The position numbers were made by a program, and so were the translations under genes. Shown one piece after another: positions 12,158-24,370 of a stretch of 64,000 nt of DNA. Each line of letters opens with the position of its first letter. Positions within the stretch are counted from its first letter, which is position 1. The stretch comes from Octopus sinensis. Its lineage: Eukaryota. The stretch is from NCBI RefSeq assembly GCF_006345805.1, contig NC_043001.1, positions 106,330,001 to 106,394,000 on the forward strand, in the 5' to 3' direction. The notes beneath the pieces were generated by a model, which saw only the letters and a program-made list of their open reading frames with translations, did no database searches and was not told the DNA's origin.

Positions 12158-12548
12158 TAGTATTCAACTAGTTGCAAGTTGCGTGAGAGTAAGCAGAGTT
12201 TAGCTGGAAAACATAACCCTTCCCCCCTGGTAAATCCCGTCACCGTCTCATTGCCTTGATACTGGAGGAAAGAATTCAGAAGATACGTTATGGGTCTCAT
12301 TGCTCACGATCTTCAAGATCATACAAGATTACAGAAAGTTGGTGCGTATAACTGAGGTGGGGTAGCGCAGTTCTATCTGTTATTCCTCGCGTTCACTATT
12401 TCATGTTGGATAAAGTTCTTCTCGTCGGAGAAGAACCAGAGCATGTCCTCCTGATAGATAGACAGATTCATATATGTATGTGTGTAAATGTACATATATA
12501 AATGTGTGTTTGTATCTGCCAGCACTTTTAATCCTATTTTTCTTTTAT

Positions 12549-12583
<35 letters not shown>

Positions 12584-12689
12584 GCAAATAAAAGACAGAA
12601 GATGGAATATACAAGAATTTCTTATTAATCACTGTGAAAGTGACCGTGCTTTACCAGTGAGCTACCTAGTGTAAATCATTCGCTTTATT

Positions 12690-12720
<31 letters not shown>

Positions 12721-12745
12721 GTTCGTGTGAGTGTGTATGAAAATT

Positions 12746-13043
12746 GGCACTCTCTCGGTTACGACCATCAGGGTTTCAGTTGAGACGATCAACAAAATAA
12801 CCTCTTCGTGAAATGAGTGCCCAAGTGACTGAAAACGTCATATAGACACACGTACTCTTAAAGCAGTTGTTAAGGAGATTCAGCATAGCACAGAGTTTGG
12901 CAAGGCTGGCCCTTTGAATGTCAGATATTACTCACTAGAACGATGCGAAATAAAATATTCTGCTCAAGGACACAACATACCCCCAGGAATCGAACTCATG
13001 ATCATACGATCCTGAGCCGAATACCATAGCCACTAAGCCACGC
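12746..13043 (-). mobile_element. tRNA-derived SINE, family D
   Basis: Minus strand begins GCGTGGCTTAGTGGCTATGG (A box) and GAGTTCGATTCC (B box), then TGTCCTTGAGCAG, and ends GTAACCGAGAGAGTGCC. Confidence 0.75.
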
Positions 13044-13924
13044 AAGTTATCAAAAGTACTTCTGCCGGAAACCTATTGGTGCGAAAATTACTGACCGAAA
13101 GATAATTTGGTCGATAACGTATTAGTCAACTTAAATTACATTCATGATTATTGTCGACTATTTTCTAAAGAATTTATATTTTTGAAATAATAAACACATT
13201 TCAACCAAGTTTGTAAGGAAAACCTTAGAATATTCTGTATAACAATACCACCTACGCAAAAAACCGCTCCTAACCTAGCAATGTATTACGGAGCTGAACG
13301 ACTCACGTCACGCGATACATATTTCAGATTTAGAGACACTGATAAGACTTGTCACGATCAAACCAATCAATGCTATTAAAATATTTATAAGCAATATAAG
13401 CTGAATTCCTTCGAAAACCCAAGAATGCGCTCATTTCGCATTATGGAAATAAAATGCATATTTTATAACTCGTACAACCAACTGCATAGTTCTACAAGTT
13501 GTCATCAAGTTGTCTCTAGTTTTGAATGTAAATTCAAATTTTCAGCAAATTTCGCCTTCCTCTCCATGTATAATACATTACCATTTTTTCTCTTTCGAAG
13601 AAAAATCCAATTTGTTTTACGACAAACGGATGTAAATTATGAAGCATTAACATCTACGATTCCACTGTAGCATGAGAGCTATGTGTATCGGTCAAAAGTT
13701 CGGACATCATTGTTGTAGATATTTTAAACAAGCTCTTTTTTAAATTTCCACACATAAAATGGGGTCAGCGTTGACAAATTGTTAATGTATGACATTACCA
13801 TGAAACATACGAAACGATATCCTAATCGCCCCCACTCTCTTTTGAATGTTTTTGATTCTAAATTAACATCTGATTCAACTTAAACATGTTAACTTAACCA
13901 TGACACCCAGTAGAACACCTAATA

Positions 13925-14347
13925 AATATTTTTTTACTACCCACAAGGAGCCAAACACAGAGAGGACAAACAAGGACAGACAAACGGATTAAGTCGATTA
14001 CATCGACCCCAGTGCGTAACTGGTACTTAATTTATCGACCCCGAAAGAATGAAAGGCAAAGTTGATCCCGGCGGAATTTGAACTCAGAACGTAACGGCAG
14101 ACGAAATACCTATTTCTTTACTACCCACAAGGGGCTAAACACAGAGAGAGGACAAACAAGGACAGACAAACGGATTAAGTCGATTATATCAACCCCAGTG
14201 CGTAACTGGTACTTAATTTATCGACCCCGAAAGGATGAAAGGCAAAGTTGACCTCGGCGGAATTTGAACTCAGAACGAAACGGCAGACGAAATACCGCTA
14301 AGCATTTCGCCCGGCATGCTAACGTTTCTGCCAGCTCGTCGCCTTTC
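13925..14347 (-). mobile_element. SINE-A dimer (one head, two bodies with tail 1) inside a single 13-bp TSD
   Basis: AGAACACCTAATA at 13912-13924 and 14348-14360. Internal junction is tail|GGTATTTCGTC at 14105-14110. Confidence 0.92.
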
Positions 14348-14880
14348 AGAACACCTAATACAACACTCCCTTTCATGTTCCAGCCATCCTCAATTATAAT
14401 ATTCAATTTTATATAATGTTTTGTTATGAATCCGTGATTTCACTTCCAATAAACCAGTCTATAAAGACAGTTTCAATTGTTACAATGAGGTCTGCACCCT
14501 CTTCTGTTGTTTTGGAAAAAAGAAGTAAATAATGAAAACAATAACCCACCACAATTAACAAATTAAACTAGCCATAGATATTGGTATTCCTCTTAACTTA
14601 CAATTAACTACCAGTGTCATCAAACCCTGCTGTTAGTCAAGCATTTTCCATCACAACTCGAATAATCTTCTATCTATAGTAGAAGTTCTGTTATACAGAA
14701 GTTTGGGAAATTTTCAGAAAAATTTAAACAATGCAATTTGTTCCAACTGACAACTAGCAGCATAACATTCAACAGCATTACTCGAAACCGGTCCAAATGC
14801 AAATTTTCGGGAACTGAGATTCTCTAAAAACTGTACTCGCCGCGTTGGTTAATTCTTTCATAAGTATAATAGATTGAGCG

Positions 14881-15476
14881 TGCAAAAGCTGATAAAAAAA
14901 TCTCAGGACTGTTGCTATGTTAACGGAGCTAAAGTAGGCAGTCAAGCCGTTTGGCACAAAATGACCGTGAACTCTGTCGCACATGCGATGTAAGTTGTAA
15001 CGTTCTCGCTCACACGTTGTTTACAGCTGTGCTTGAAAAATAAAGTGTGTACAATTTGGTCGTCTCACAAGAATTGCATTCGCCCGATGAGTGGCACCTC
15101 GGCCATAACAACGCACCTGCACATTCAGCGCAGCTTGTGCAGCACTTTTTGGCCAAACCCATTTCCTTGGCCCAACCGTTACCATATTTCACAGGCCTCG
15201 CCCCATGCGACTTTTACTCTTTCCAAAACTCAAACCCCGCTTCAGAGGAACAGATTTGAAGACACCAAGGAAATCCAACAGAATGCGAGGAGGCAGATGC
15301 TTGCTCCCTCCCCCCAACACACACACACACACAAAGGAGCTCCAGCAATGCTTCTGTTAGTGGAAACAACGCTGGATAAAATGTGTGGCTTCGGAAAAAG
15401 ATTAAATGACCAATTGATACGTGTTGTAGCTTTCGTTTTATAGCACCAGTCCCGATACTTTTTGATCAGTTCTCGG
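14881..15476 (+). mobile_element. Internally deleted mariner (~600 bp) with degenerate TIRs
   Basis: WHLGHNNAPAHSAQLV..LAPCDF..RFEDTKEIQQNA..RWIKCVA. TIR-like ends ctgataaaaaaatctcagg (14889) and cccgatactttttgatcag (15451). Confidence 0.8.
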
Positions 15477-16204
15477 ATGAAGTACATATCGGCATTATAG
15501 TCAAGAATATTGATTTCACTCTTATAAATAGAAAATTGTTTATTTCTTGAAATCATGCTCCGAAAACATGAACTTTGCCAATCTTGTACAGACTTGAGTT
15601 AGCAAAAATGTCAAACATCCTTTTATACATATTTTCCCATTCCCAACGCTCTAAACCACCCTTATACACCAAATGTAATATTCATCCCGATTTTCTTTGC
15701 AACATTCACACAATAATACAAGTTTCTTTTTTTATATATATTTCTATACACTTTTAAGTATAAATTCTATCCAATATTTCAGCAGCTGCTGTAGCTATTA
15801 TTAATAACACAGCGGCCATTATATTGCCTATACATTTTAAATGAAACCAAAGAAATTTTCCTCGCCAATATAGCCGTTCTTCAAATATCATTAACCTTTA
15901 ATTAGTCTAGTTCGTTAAACAACAACAGATACATATTCCATTGTTCCAGTCATCAACACCTCTCACCGAACACAATACATAATGGATATCTATTATTGAG
16001 CTTCCTAACTATATATAGCGGTATGTGTATGTATGTGTGTGTATATATATATATGCGTGTTTGTTGAGCATACATCCACACGCACGCACACATACATACA
16101 TATATACATACATACATACATATATATATGTGTGTGTGTGTTTGTGTGTGTATGTGTGTCTGTGTGGGTGTGTGTGTGTGTGTGTGTGTGTATAACTTAC
16201 TCGA

Positions 16205-16645
16205 TGCTCAAATTTAATTTATTTTCAAATATATGTTGTCTGATAATCTCTAATTTATGTTTTAAGATGCTTACAGGATAGAAGTTGGTAAATTATCCAC
16301 TTTGCCATGTAAAGCATTTAATGGTTACACATTCAAAGACTGAGCGAAATACCATTGTGTTGACCGGTTTCACTTGCGATTCCATATAGCATTTCTTCAA
16401 CAACGATTTTATCCTTTCGATTAAAGCCCAAAGTTTTGTTGAATGATCCTTATCACGGTACCTAAAATTCAAAGGATGGTTGTTATATCTGGATTTAAAT
16501 TTTCCTTCCACGTCTCCGATATAACGTTTAATCTTTGTACGATCCTTATCATAGTTCGCTGAAATCTGTGCTTCGTAAATCATGGAAGGTATATAGCACT
16601 CTTACCCTAGAGTTCATTTAGATTTGTCTCTACAAGTGCATTCAG
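16205..16645 (-). mobile_element. Penelope-like element, GIY-YIG endonuclease region
   Basis: CTCRDKSK*TLG*EC...MIYEA...KRYIGDVEGKFKSRYNNH..FR..STKL matches the PLE C-terminal motifs. Confidence 0.8.
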
Positions 16646-16664
16646 GGTGGGCTTCAGTCATCTG

Positions 16665-16860
16665 TTGCTTAATTTGGAAAAATTAAAGATTCAGGAATCA
16701 GTTTCCATATCAAATGGAAAATCCTCTCCAATGTCAGATCCTATATTACCGGATCCGCAAAGTGTTCAATATGTTCTCCGGAAAACTGTATTTCTAAACA
16801 ATTGAGAATATCCAACGAATACTTAAATTATAGGAACACATTTCAAAAAGATACATCTTC
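16665..16860 (+). mobile_element. Second Penelope-like GIY-YIG C-terminal fragment, opposite strand
   Basis: IW(K)LKDSGISFHIKWKILSNVRSYITGSAKCSICSPEN...LNYRN resembles the PLE motif IWxLK..IKW..CxLCxxEK..LNxR. Confidence 0.65.
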
Positions 16861-17514
16861 TTGGAATTAAAAATGAGATCAGCAAACATTTAGTAAACCA
16901 TTAAAATCCTGGTTAGGTCAGCTTGATATCGAATTATTGTAACATTGGCTATATTTGCGGCTTTTCTCTTGTCTTCTTCCCTATCAGCGTCTCTTATTTA
17001 AACGGCATATTCTCATAAGACAACGGACGAACGGTCTTGTTCTCAGCTTGATAAATGACTAAATAAATTATTATTTCGAACAAGAATACCTGGGTATCTG
17101 TATTTTACAAGATTTATGGTTTGATTATAAAATTATTTTTAGTCCCTGGGCTGACCTAGAGATTTTCTTCATATTGAAACTTCATCACATGATATGATAT
17201 ATATGTTGTGCACATATACATACTCGTATTTAACTATGTGCACAAATGCAAATATGCATAAATATTTGTACTTTATTATGAGTATGTTATAATCAACTCT
17301 TTTAGACTTAAGTTGTTTATGCAGCCGTGCATTTAAATTGATGTAATGATTACATTGTTCAATTAAATGGAGCCGCTTGAAACGGTCGTACTGTATCATC
17401 TCTTGATATCCTGTTGCATATTTTAATTTTATTCAACTTTGTGTTTTACGGACAATACTGCACTGACTTGGTGCTTCAACTTAAGTACCTTATTCAACCG
17501 AATCTCAATTATTT

Positions 17515-17580
<66 letters not shown>

Positions 17581-17879
17581 AGTGTGTGTGAGTGTGTGTG
17601 TGCGCGCGTATGAGTGTATATATATATATATATATAACGTTGAATCTTGAGGTAGCTAGTGCTATAAATAATTGTGTAAATTTGGAGTAAAAATCAGTGT
17701 GGATAGACGAAGTCGAAGGCTGCCCGTTACATCTGTGAATATGATAGACTTTCTACCATTAGACCAAAGTCAATGTTTCGAAATTCTCAACCCATTTGAA
17801 AAACTTAGTTCTTTACAGCCAGAACTGTGTATTCATAAGAATTTAGGAAGTTCGAACGGGAAGCTTTCGACATTTTCTA

Positions 17880-18090
17880 GCCAAATGATCTTAACCCAAA
17901 TAGATTTAATTCAAACAATTTTAGACCAATATTTACACGCTTTCATTGATAGCTTTATCTGCTTCGAGTTTTAGAGATAATTTCGTAATTTCAACGCAAA
18001 TAGTAAACAGCTGGAACAACCCACACAAATCATTTTCCCTGACACCCTACTTATTCTACTAATCCACCACAATTTGGTTATGGTCATATT
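17880..18090 (-). mobile_element. Possible very old L1/Tx1 RT fragment
   Basis: GVRENDLCGLFQLFTICVE loosely resembles RGVRQGxPLSxxLFxxxxE; several stops. Confidence 0.3.
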
Positions 18091-18691
18091 AACGGCAATT
18101 TCAGCTAATATTTTTTAACCAGTATTACAGAAACCTATGTTTAAATTCCAGGATTATTCTGATAATAAATATTTGTGCGAAACGATGCTCGTAATGTCTG
18201 ACGGTAGAAAATGTGAAACAATAAATTTTAAACGTTTATCGCTTTTGATAGTATTAAGATATAAAACTTTGGGATAAAATTTTGTGATAAAACAACGTGA
18301 CGAGAGAGACAAAGTAAGACACATCGTGATATACATAGAAAGAGATTGAGTTTGAAGGCACAGTAAAGAAACATAAAGGTATGATACAGAAGGTAAAAAG
18401 AAACAGATCAAGATCTATATATCAAAGGATAGCACAGCATTTGGAAAGCAAGAAAGAATTCTAGCGTTTATTAAAGGGGATCGCCAAAAGATAAGCACGG
18501 AAGATATTTAAACAAATAGTAAATAGTGAATTTGAGGAGGGGTTGAGTTAAAATGAAAGAGGGAATACTTTATGATGATGGAAACGTTGAAATGAACATT
18601 ATATGGACATATATGTGTATGGCTGCATTTACACGAATATTTAACGATACAAGAATGTTTATGTGTAAATACATATAAACGAATTTATAAT

Positions 18692-18923
18692 CTTTTCTAC
18701 TCGAGGCAGAAGGCCCCAATTTTTTTTTGGGGGGGGGGGAGCGGCCCAGTCGATTAGATCAACCGCAGTACGCAACTGGTACTTAATTTATCGACCTCGA
18801 AAGGATGAAAGGCAAAGTCGACATCGGGGAGAATTTGAAATCAGAACGCAAAGACGGACGAAATGTCGCAAAGCATTTTGCCGGGCGTGCTAACGACTCT
18901 GCCAGCTGGCCGCTTTAATAATA
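18692..18923 (-). mobile_element. SINE-A with tail type 2; 11-bp TSD
   Basis: GAATTTATAAT at 18681-18691 and 18924-18934. Tail is CCCCC..AAAAATT..GGCCTTCTGCCTCGAGTAGAAAAG. Confidence 0.85.
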
Positions 18924-18975
18924 GAATTTATAATGAAATTCATAACGATATATATGTGTATGTGTATATATATAA

Positions 18976-19023
<48 letters not shown>

Positions 19024-19045
19024 TAGCTTATGATAATCTTAGCTT

Positions 19046-19096
<51 letters not shown>

Positions 19097-19101
<5 letters not shown>

Positions 19102-19693
19102 AAAAGTGAAAGCCCAAAAATATTACCCACCACTCACACACTTTATTCGGTTTACTAAGTTATATGCGAACGTAGATGTATCCATACACGCACATACGGG
19201 CGACGATAAACACGCATATATATACATATATACATTCACACACACACACATATATATATTATATATATATATATACTCTTTTACTCTTTTACTCTTTTAC
19301 TTGTTTCAGTCATTTAACTGCGGCCATGCTGGAGCAACGCCTTTAGTCGAGCAAATCGACCCCGGGACTTATTTTTTGTAAGCCCAGTACTTATTCTATC
19401 GGTCTCTTTTGCCGAACCGCTAAGTGACGGTGACGTAAACACACCAACATCAGTTGTCAAGCAATGCTAGGGGGACAAACACAGACACACAAACATATAC
19501 ACACACACACTTATATATATACACATATACGACAGGCTTCTTTCAGTTTCCGTCTACCAAATCCACTCACAAGGCATTGGTCGGCCCGGGGCAATAGCAG
19601 AAGACACCTGCCCAAAATGCCACGCAGTGGGACTGAACCCGGAACCATGTGGCTGGTTAGCAAGCTACTTACCATACAGCCACTCCTGCGCCT

Positions 19694-19725
<32 letters not shown>

Positions 19726-20085
19726 GTGGATTTGGTAGACGGAAACTGAAAGAAGCCTGTCGTATATGTGTATATATATAAGTGTGTGTGTGTGTATATG
19801 TTTGTGTGTCTGTGTTTGTCCCCCTAGCATTGCTTGACAACTGATGTTGGTGTGTTTACGTCACCGTCACTTAGCGGTTCGGCAAAAGAGACCGATAGAA
19901 TAAGTACTGGGCTTACAAAGAATAAGTCCCGGGGTTGATTTGCTCGACTAAAGGCGTTGCTCCAGCATGGCCGCAGTTAAATGACTGAAACAAGTAAAAG
20001 AGTAAAAGAGTAAAAGAGTGTATATATATATATATATAATATATATATATATATGTGTGGTGTGTGTGTGTGTGTGTGTGTGTGA

Positions 20086-20138
<53 letters not shown>

Positions 20139-20257
20139 GCGTGTTTATCGTCGCCCGTATGTGCGTGTATGGATACATCTATGTTCGCATATAACTTAGT
20201 AAACCGAATAAAGTGTGAGAGTGGTGGGTAATATTTTTGGGCTTTCACTTTTCTTAT
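19097..20257. repeat. Fold-back inverted duplication (arms 19097-19567 and 19725-20257)
   Basis: The arms are reverse complements, with four substitutions outside microsatellites. Confidence 0.95.
19275..19692 (-). mobile_element. SINE-B, full length, (GAGTAAAA)n tail; headless inverted copy at 19725-20019 (+)
   Basis: Head GGCGCAGGAGTGGCTGTATGG, B-box-like GGTTCAGTCCC, central GGCATTTTGGGCAGGTGTCTT (CORE-like by recall) and an 8-bp tandem tail. Confidence 0.9.
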
Positions 20258-20764
20258 CTTGTTCCGATTTGTTATTCACTGTGGTGTCTCACATAAACAT
20301 TGATGGAGTGATAGATATGTTTATCCATATGCATAAATGTGTGCTTGCGCACGTGTCTAAATATACAGAGATAAATAGGTAGATGTTTAGATAGATAAGG
20401 GAAAATACTAACAGTATAAATTGTTCTGTCTTTGAGATTGTTTCGTTTTTTCTTTACGATTCCTTTCATTACCATTGTTATAGTACTGTTAAGTCACTTT
20501 TATGCTCATTTTCATACAATTTGAATTAACTTGTGGATTAGATTACAAGCGTTTTGTCTTCGCATTATGGGAACCACCCTTATGTTGCATCTACCAAGGT
20601 GGTCAGTGAAACAATATGGAAGTAGAAACGTAAATGAAACCCGAAAAGTGGCCCGGGTATTTGTCGTTATATAATTTACCAAGTACCGGTTTTTGATGTT
20701 GGCACAGGCGCCGGATAAACGTTAACCATTAGATAAAACATGGCGGAATTTGAACTCAGTACCC

Positions 20765-21357
20765 ACAGCTATAGCGATCGAGTAAACGTTGGCAGACCTT
20801 AACACGTTTGCGCTTGTTCCCTGCAGTAAGCTCTCTTGGTACCCATCTTGCACAGCTGAGCTCATCGCGGATGATTTGGTAAGCAGAACCATGACGAATC
20901 TGCAGAGAACGAGCTACCTCATCGATGATAACTCATCGGTTCACCATTGCTATCTCTCGAGCTTGCTGAATCTTCTCGACAGTGTTGGAAGTTGACGGGC
21001 TTTCTACTTCCCCTTCGTGCGTAACCTTTGTCCGGCCACTTTTAAACTTTTCGGACTTCTACGCGGTAGTTCACTGTCTCCGTATTGAGCTAAAAGCCTC
21101 CGATGAATTTCAGCACCTGACACACCTTCCGACCAGAGAAATCGGATCGCTGCTCTTTGTTCTTCTTTGGTGCACATTTCTAGTGGAGCGGCCACGCTTA
21201 CACTGTAAAACCAGAAAGAAAAATGGCGCGATCAGGTTCAAACTTCTATCACGTGACTACAACAGTACCAGCTATAAGCATCCATGCGCAGAACGCAGTG
21301 TGACAATAATAAAGATATGTTATGACGAAAGTGCAGATAATGTTTGACTTCTCTTAT
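20765..21357 (-). mobile_element. Mariner 5' portion (irritans/Hsmar2-like): left TIR and HTH domain
   Basis: MAAPLEMCTKEEQRAAIRFLWSEGVSGAEIHRRL..YGD, then IDEVARSLQI.HGSAYQII.DEL..CARWVPRELT. TIR-like end tataagagaagtcaaacattatctgcac. Confidence 0.85.
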
Positions 21358-21358
21358 A

Positions 21359-21389
<31 letters not shown>

Positions 21390-22120
21390 ATATGTGTGTG
21401 TGTATGTTTGCATATGTGTTTTTTGTATTCATATGACCGTGCATTCTTTCCCTTGTATCAAACTGATTCCTTAATAGGTTTCTTCGTGTGAATATTTTGC
21501 ACTTTACTCTGTTGTCTCCAACTATCAGTGAATTGATATGCTTCACTTTTAGAAACATTTTAAGCAATCTCATAAGTAGAGAAATTACGAATGGCTTTTC
21601 TTAATGATTTAAAATCACACTAATTTTTCGAAACTCTAATCTCTGCTTTATCATCCGTTCTTACATTCAACTCAAAACATTTCCGCCATGTTGTTTCTTA
21701 CATTTTACTTATTCTGACGTTGTGTTGACGGCTTTCGTTATTATAGCTAATCTAATTTCCATCCTTCATTTAATGGTCACCAGTACATCTGAGCAGAATT
21801 CCCTCAGCGTCGAGCATTATCGCACCTCTTTCATATATTTCTGTTGGTGCTATGTTACTATATATCACTGACTCGGAACGTTTGCATAAGTTGAAGGGTA
21901 AAACGCTGTTTTAAAATATATATTATATATGAATAAAAGCGGGGCACTTTACCTTGTGACTATTCCATAAATTTTTATAGAAGGTTCTTAGTCTATTAAA
22001 TAGAGTGCTTTTTTTTTCTTATAGTCATTTCAAAATTCCCGGTTGAGCGGAGAACGGAGGTAATATGTAATATTTGAAGTAAGAACTACGCCCCTTACCT
22101 GTGCCACTATATATCTACCG

Positions 22121-22255
22121 TGGATCCGCAATGACCTAGTGATTAGGGCAGCGGACTCGCGGTCGTAGGATCGCAGTTTCGATTCCCAGATCTGTCGTTG
22201 TGAGTGTTTATTGAGCGAAAACACCTAAATCTCCACGAGGCTCCGGCAGGGGTGC
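22121..22255 (+). mobile_element. tRNA-derived SINE head (family D/V)
   Basis: atgacctagtgattagggcagcggactcgcggtc..tttcgattcc is the same head as 42890-43173. Confidence 0.75.
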
Positions 22256-23406
22256 TGGCCTTAATAATGATAGTGATGATAGAAATAATAATAACAAATT
22301 AACGTGTGACCACGTAATTTTGTTCGGTCGAAATAACTTCAGGAAAGTCGTTCTCGAATGGAACAGAAACAAGGACCTGGAATCACTTTGCTGACAGTAA
22401 TGTGATTTATATGATAATCTTAGCTTATCATATTTACGAATATGGATTAATGAAATATTTGTGCAAATATAATGTTTGACGGCAGTGCTGTGATGAAGGC
22501 AAGATATCTCTGGAGCCAGAAAACGCAGGTATACTAGATGAGTAAATGAAAGTATAATAAATGATAATATAACGTGTATGACAGAGTCGACATGCCAGGA
22601 GCTCATCACCATCCTAAGTGATTGCCCTTTGCAACGTACGTACAGCGTAGTTTAATCTTATATTACGTCTATTATTGGTTTTATCGATTTTGTTGAATTT
22701 TGTTTCACAACTTTAAATAAGGATTTTCATCATAGCTCATACAATTTGCCAGTGGCAATATAATCTTGTTTCAAAGAACTCTAGGAAAAGGGGAATAGTC
22801 TTCAGGCATGAGATAGCATTAGAAACCATTTATAGTGGAGAGAGTTTTAAATAAAGGGAAAGTAGGTTCATAGAATATATTGATTATATCTATGCTTAGA
22901 TTCGAAGTCCTGAGGAGTCACAGCGACCGAAGAGATGACAAATAGGATATTCTTCATATTGGTTCGAACGGCGTGGTTTGCAGCAGTTTTGTTTATTTCC
23001 CAGGAGAAAATGCTATTTTATAGGAAATAACTCCCATTTCATAACAGAAATTGAAATACCATCGAAAAGCATTTTTTTTTATGGATATAGCATTTATATA
23101 GATTACAATCATATCTTTACTAATATTCTTCATCATATCAATATATATTCGAATAAGATGCATAAATATGTTTCCATTTCGTTCTTAATAAAGTAAATGT
23201 GACCTACAAGCCTGCGCATGCGTAGTGGAGCATTCTTCACTAATCGTATATATGACTGCTATATTGCTATCTCAATATGCATATGATCTCATATTTAGAT
23301 GGAGAGTATAGCTAAAGGTATGGATCTCAATACTCTGGTGGTGCCATTTCACAGATTCTGATGTCATGAAATATCGGCGTCATAAGAAAGAGAACAGAAT
23401 ATAAAG

Positions 23407-24097
23407 ATGTAAAGTATAGAAGACATCTTATCATGGCTAACCACATTGGGGAGGGGGTTGTTACTGTAGCTTTATAGCCCCAAGAGATCTTCGTCTCTAG
23501 CTGGCTCTAAACACAATATCTGTGTTTTTGGAGTATTTGCAAAGGGAGGCCATCCCTTCCTCGCAAGCTTGAGTGATACGCTCGAACTAGTTTCGGGATG
23601 TTTGTCCCTCGTCAACGGGCGGCAACCACCAGGTAGCGATGGAAGTGAAGGCTCCTTTGCAAACAGATATAAGTTTTTCTAATGCCGTCTGCCACTGATA
23701 TCGAAAAACGGACAGTAAGCATAATTAAATCTCAGAATGAGATTGAAACAGTAATCGCTCGATAATGTAAAGTATAGAAGCCATCTTATCATGGCTGTTT
23801 GCAAAGGAGCCTTCACTTCCATCGCTACCTGGTGGTTGCCGCCCGTTGACGAGGGACAAACATCCCGAAACTAGTTCGAGCGTATCACTCAGGCTTGCGA
23901 GGAAGAGATGGCCTCCCTTTGCAAATACTCCAAAGACACAGATATTGTGTTTAGAGCCAGCTAGAGACGAAGATCTCTTGGGGCTATAAAGCTACAGTAA
24001 CAACCCCCTCCCCAATGTGGTTAGCCATGATAAGATGGCTTCTATACTTTACATTATCGAGCGATTACTGTTTCAATCTCATTCTGAGATTTAATTA
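23407..24097. repeat. Complex direct plus inverted duplication (A, C+a, then reverse complement of C+A)
   Basis: A = 23407-23666 pairs with 23795-24054 (4 mismatches in 260 bp). 23722-23796 pairs perfectly with 24023-24097 (75 bp). Confidence 0.95.
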
Positions 24098-24311
24098 AGA
24101 ATATAAAGAGTTATCAAAATTAAAAGATCGAACTCAAAAATTAATAGAAAGAAATTCTGAGGGCGCTTGTTGTCAATTACATCCAACTCTGTTGGAGTGT
24201 AATATAATTATACATGTATACATACATGCATACACACATACATATATGCGTATACATATATGTGTATTAATGTATGTACATATATGTATGTATATATTAC
24301 ATGTATGCATG

Positions 24312-24370
<59 letters not shown>

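Noticed and set aside
12415-12436. Perfect 9-bp hairpin GTTCTTCTC-GTCG-GAGAAGAAC
   Set aside because: About one such stem is expected by chance in 64 kb.
22121-22200. tRNA gene (also the heads at 13043, 19692 and 43173)
   Set aside because: A and B boxes are present, but the sequence continues into SINE bodies and I could not fold a full cloverleaf.
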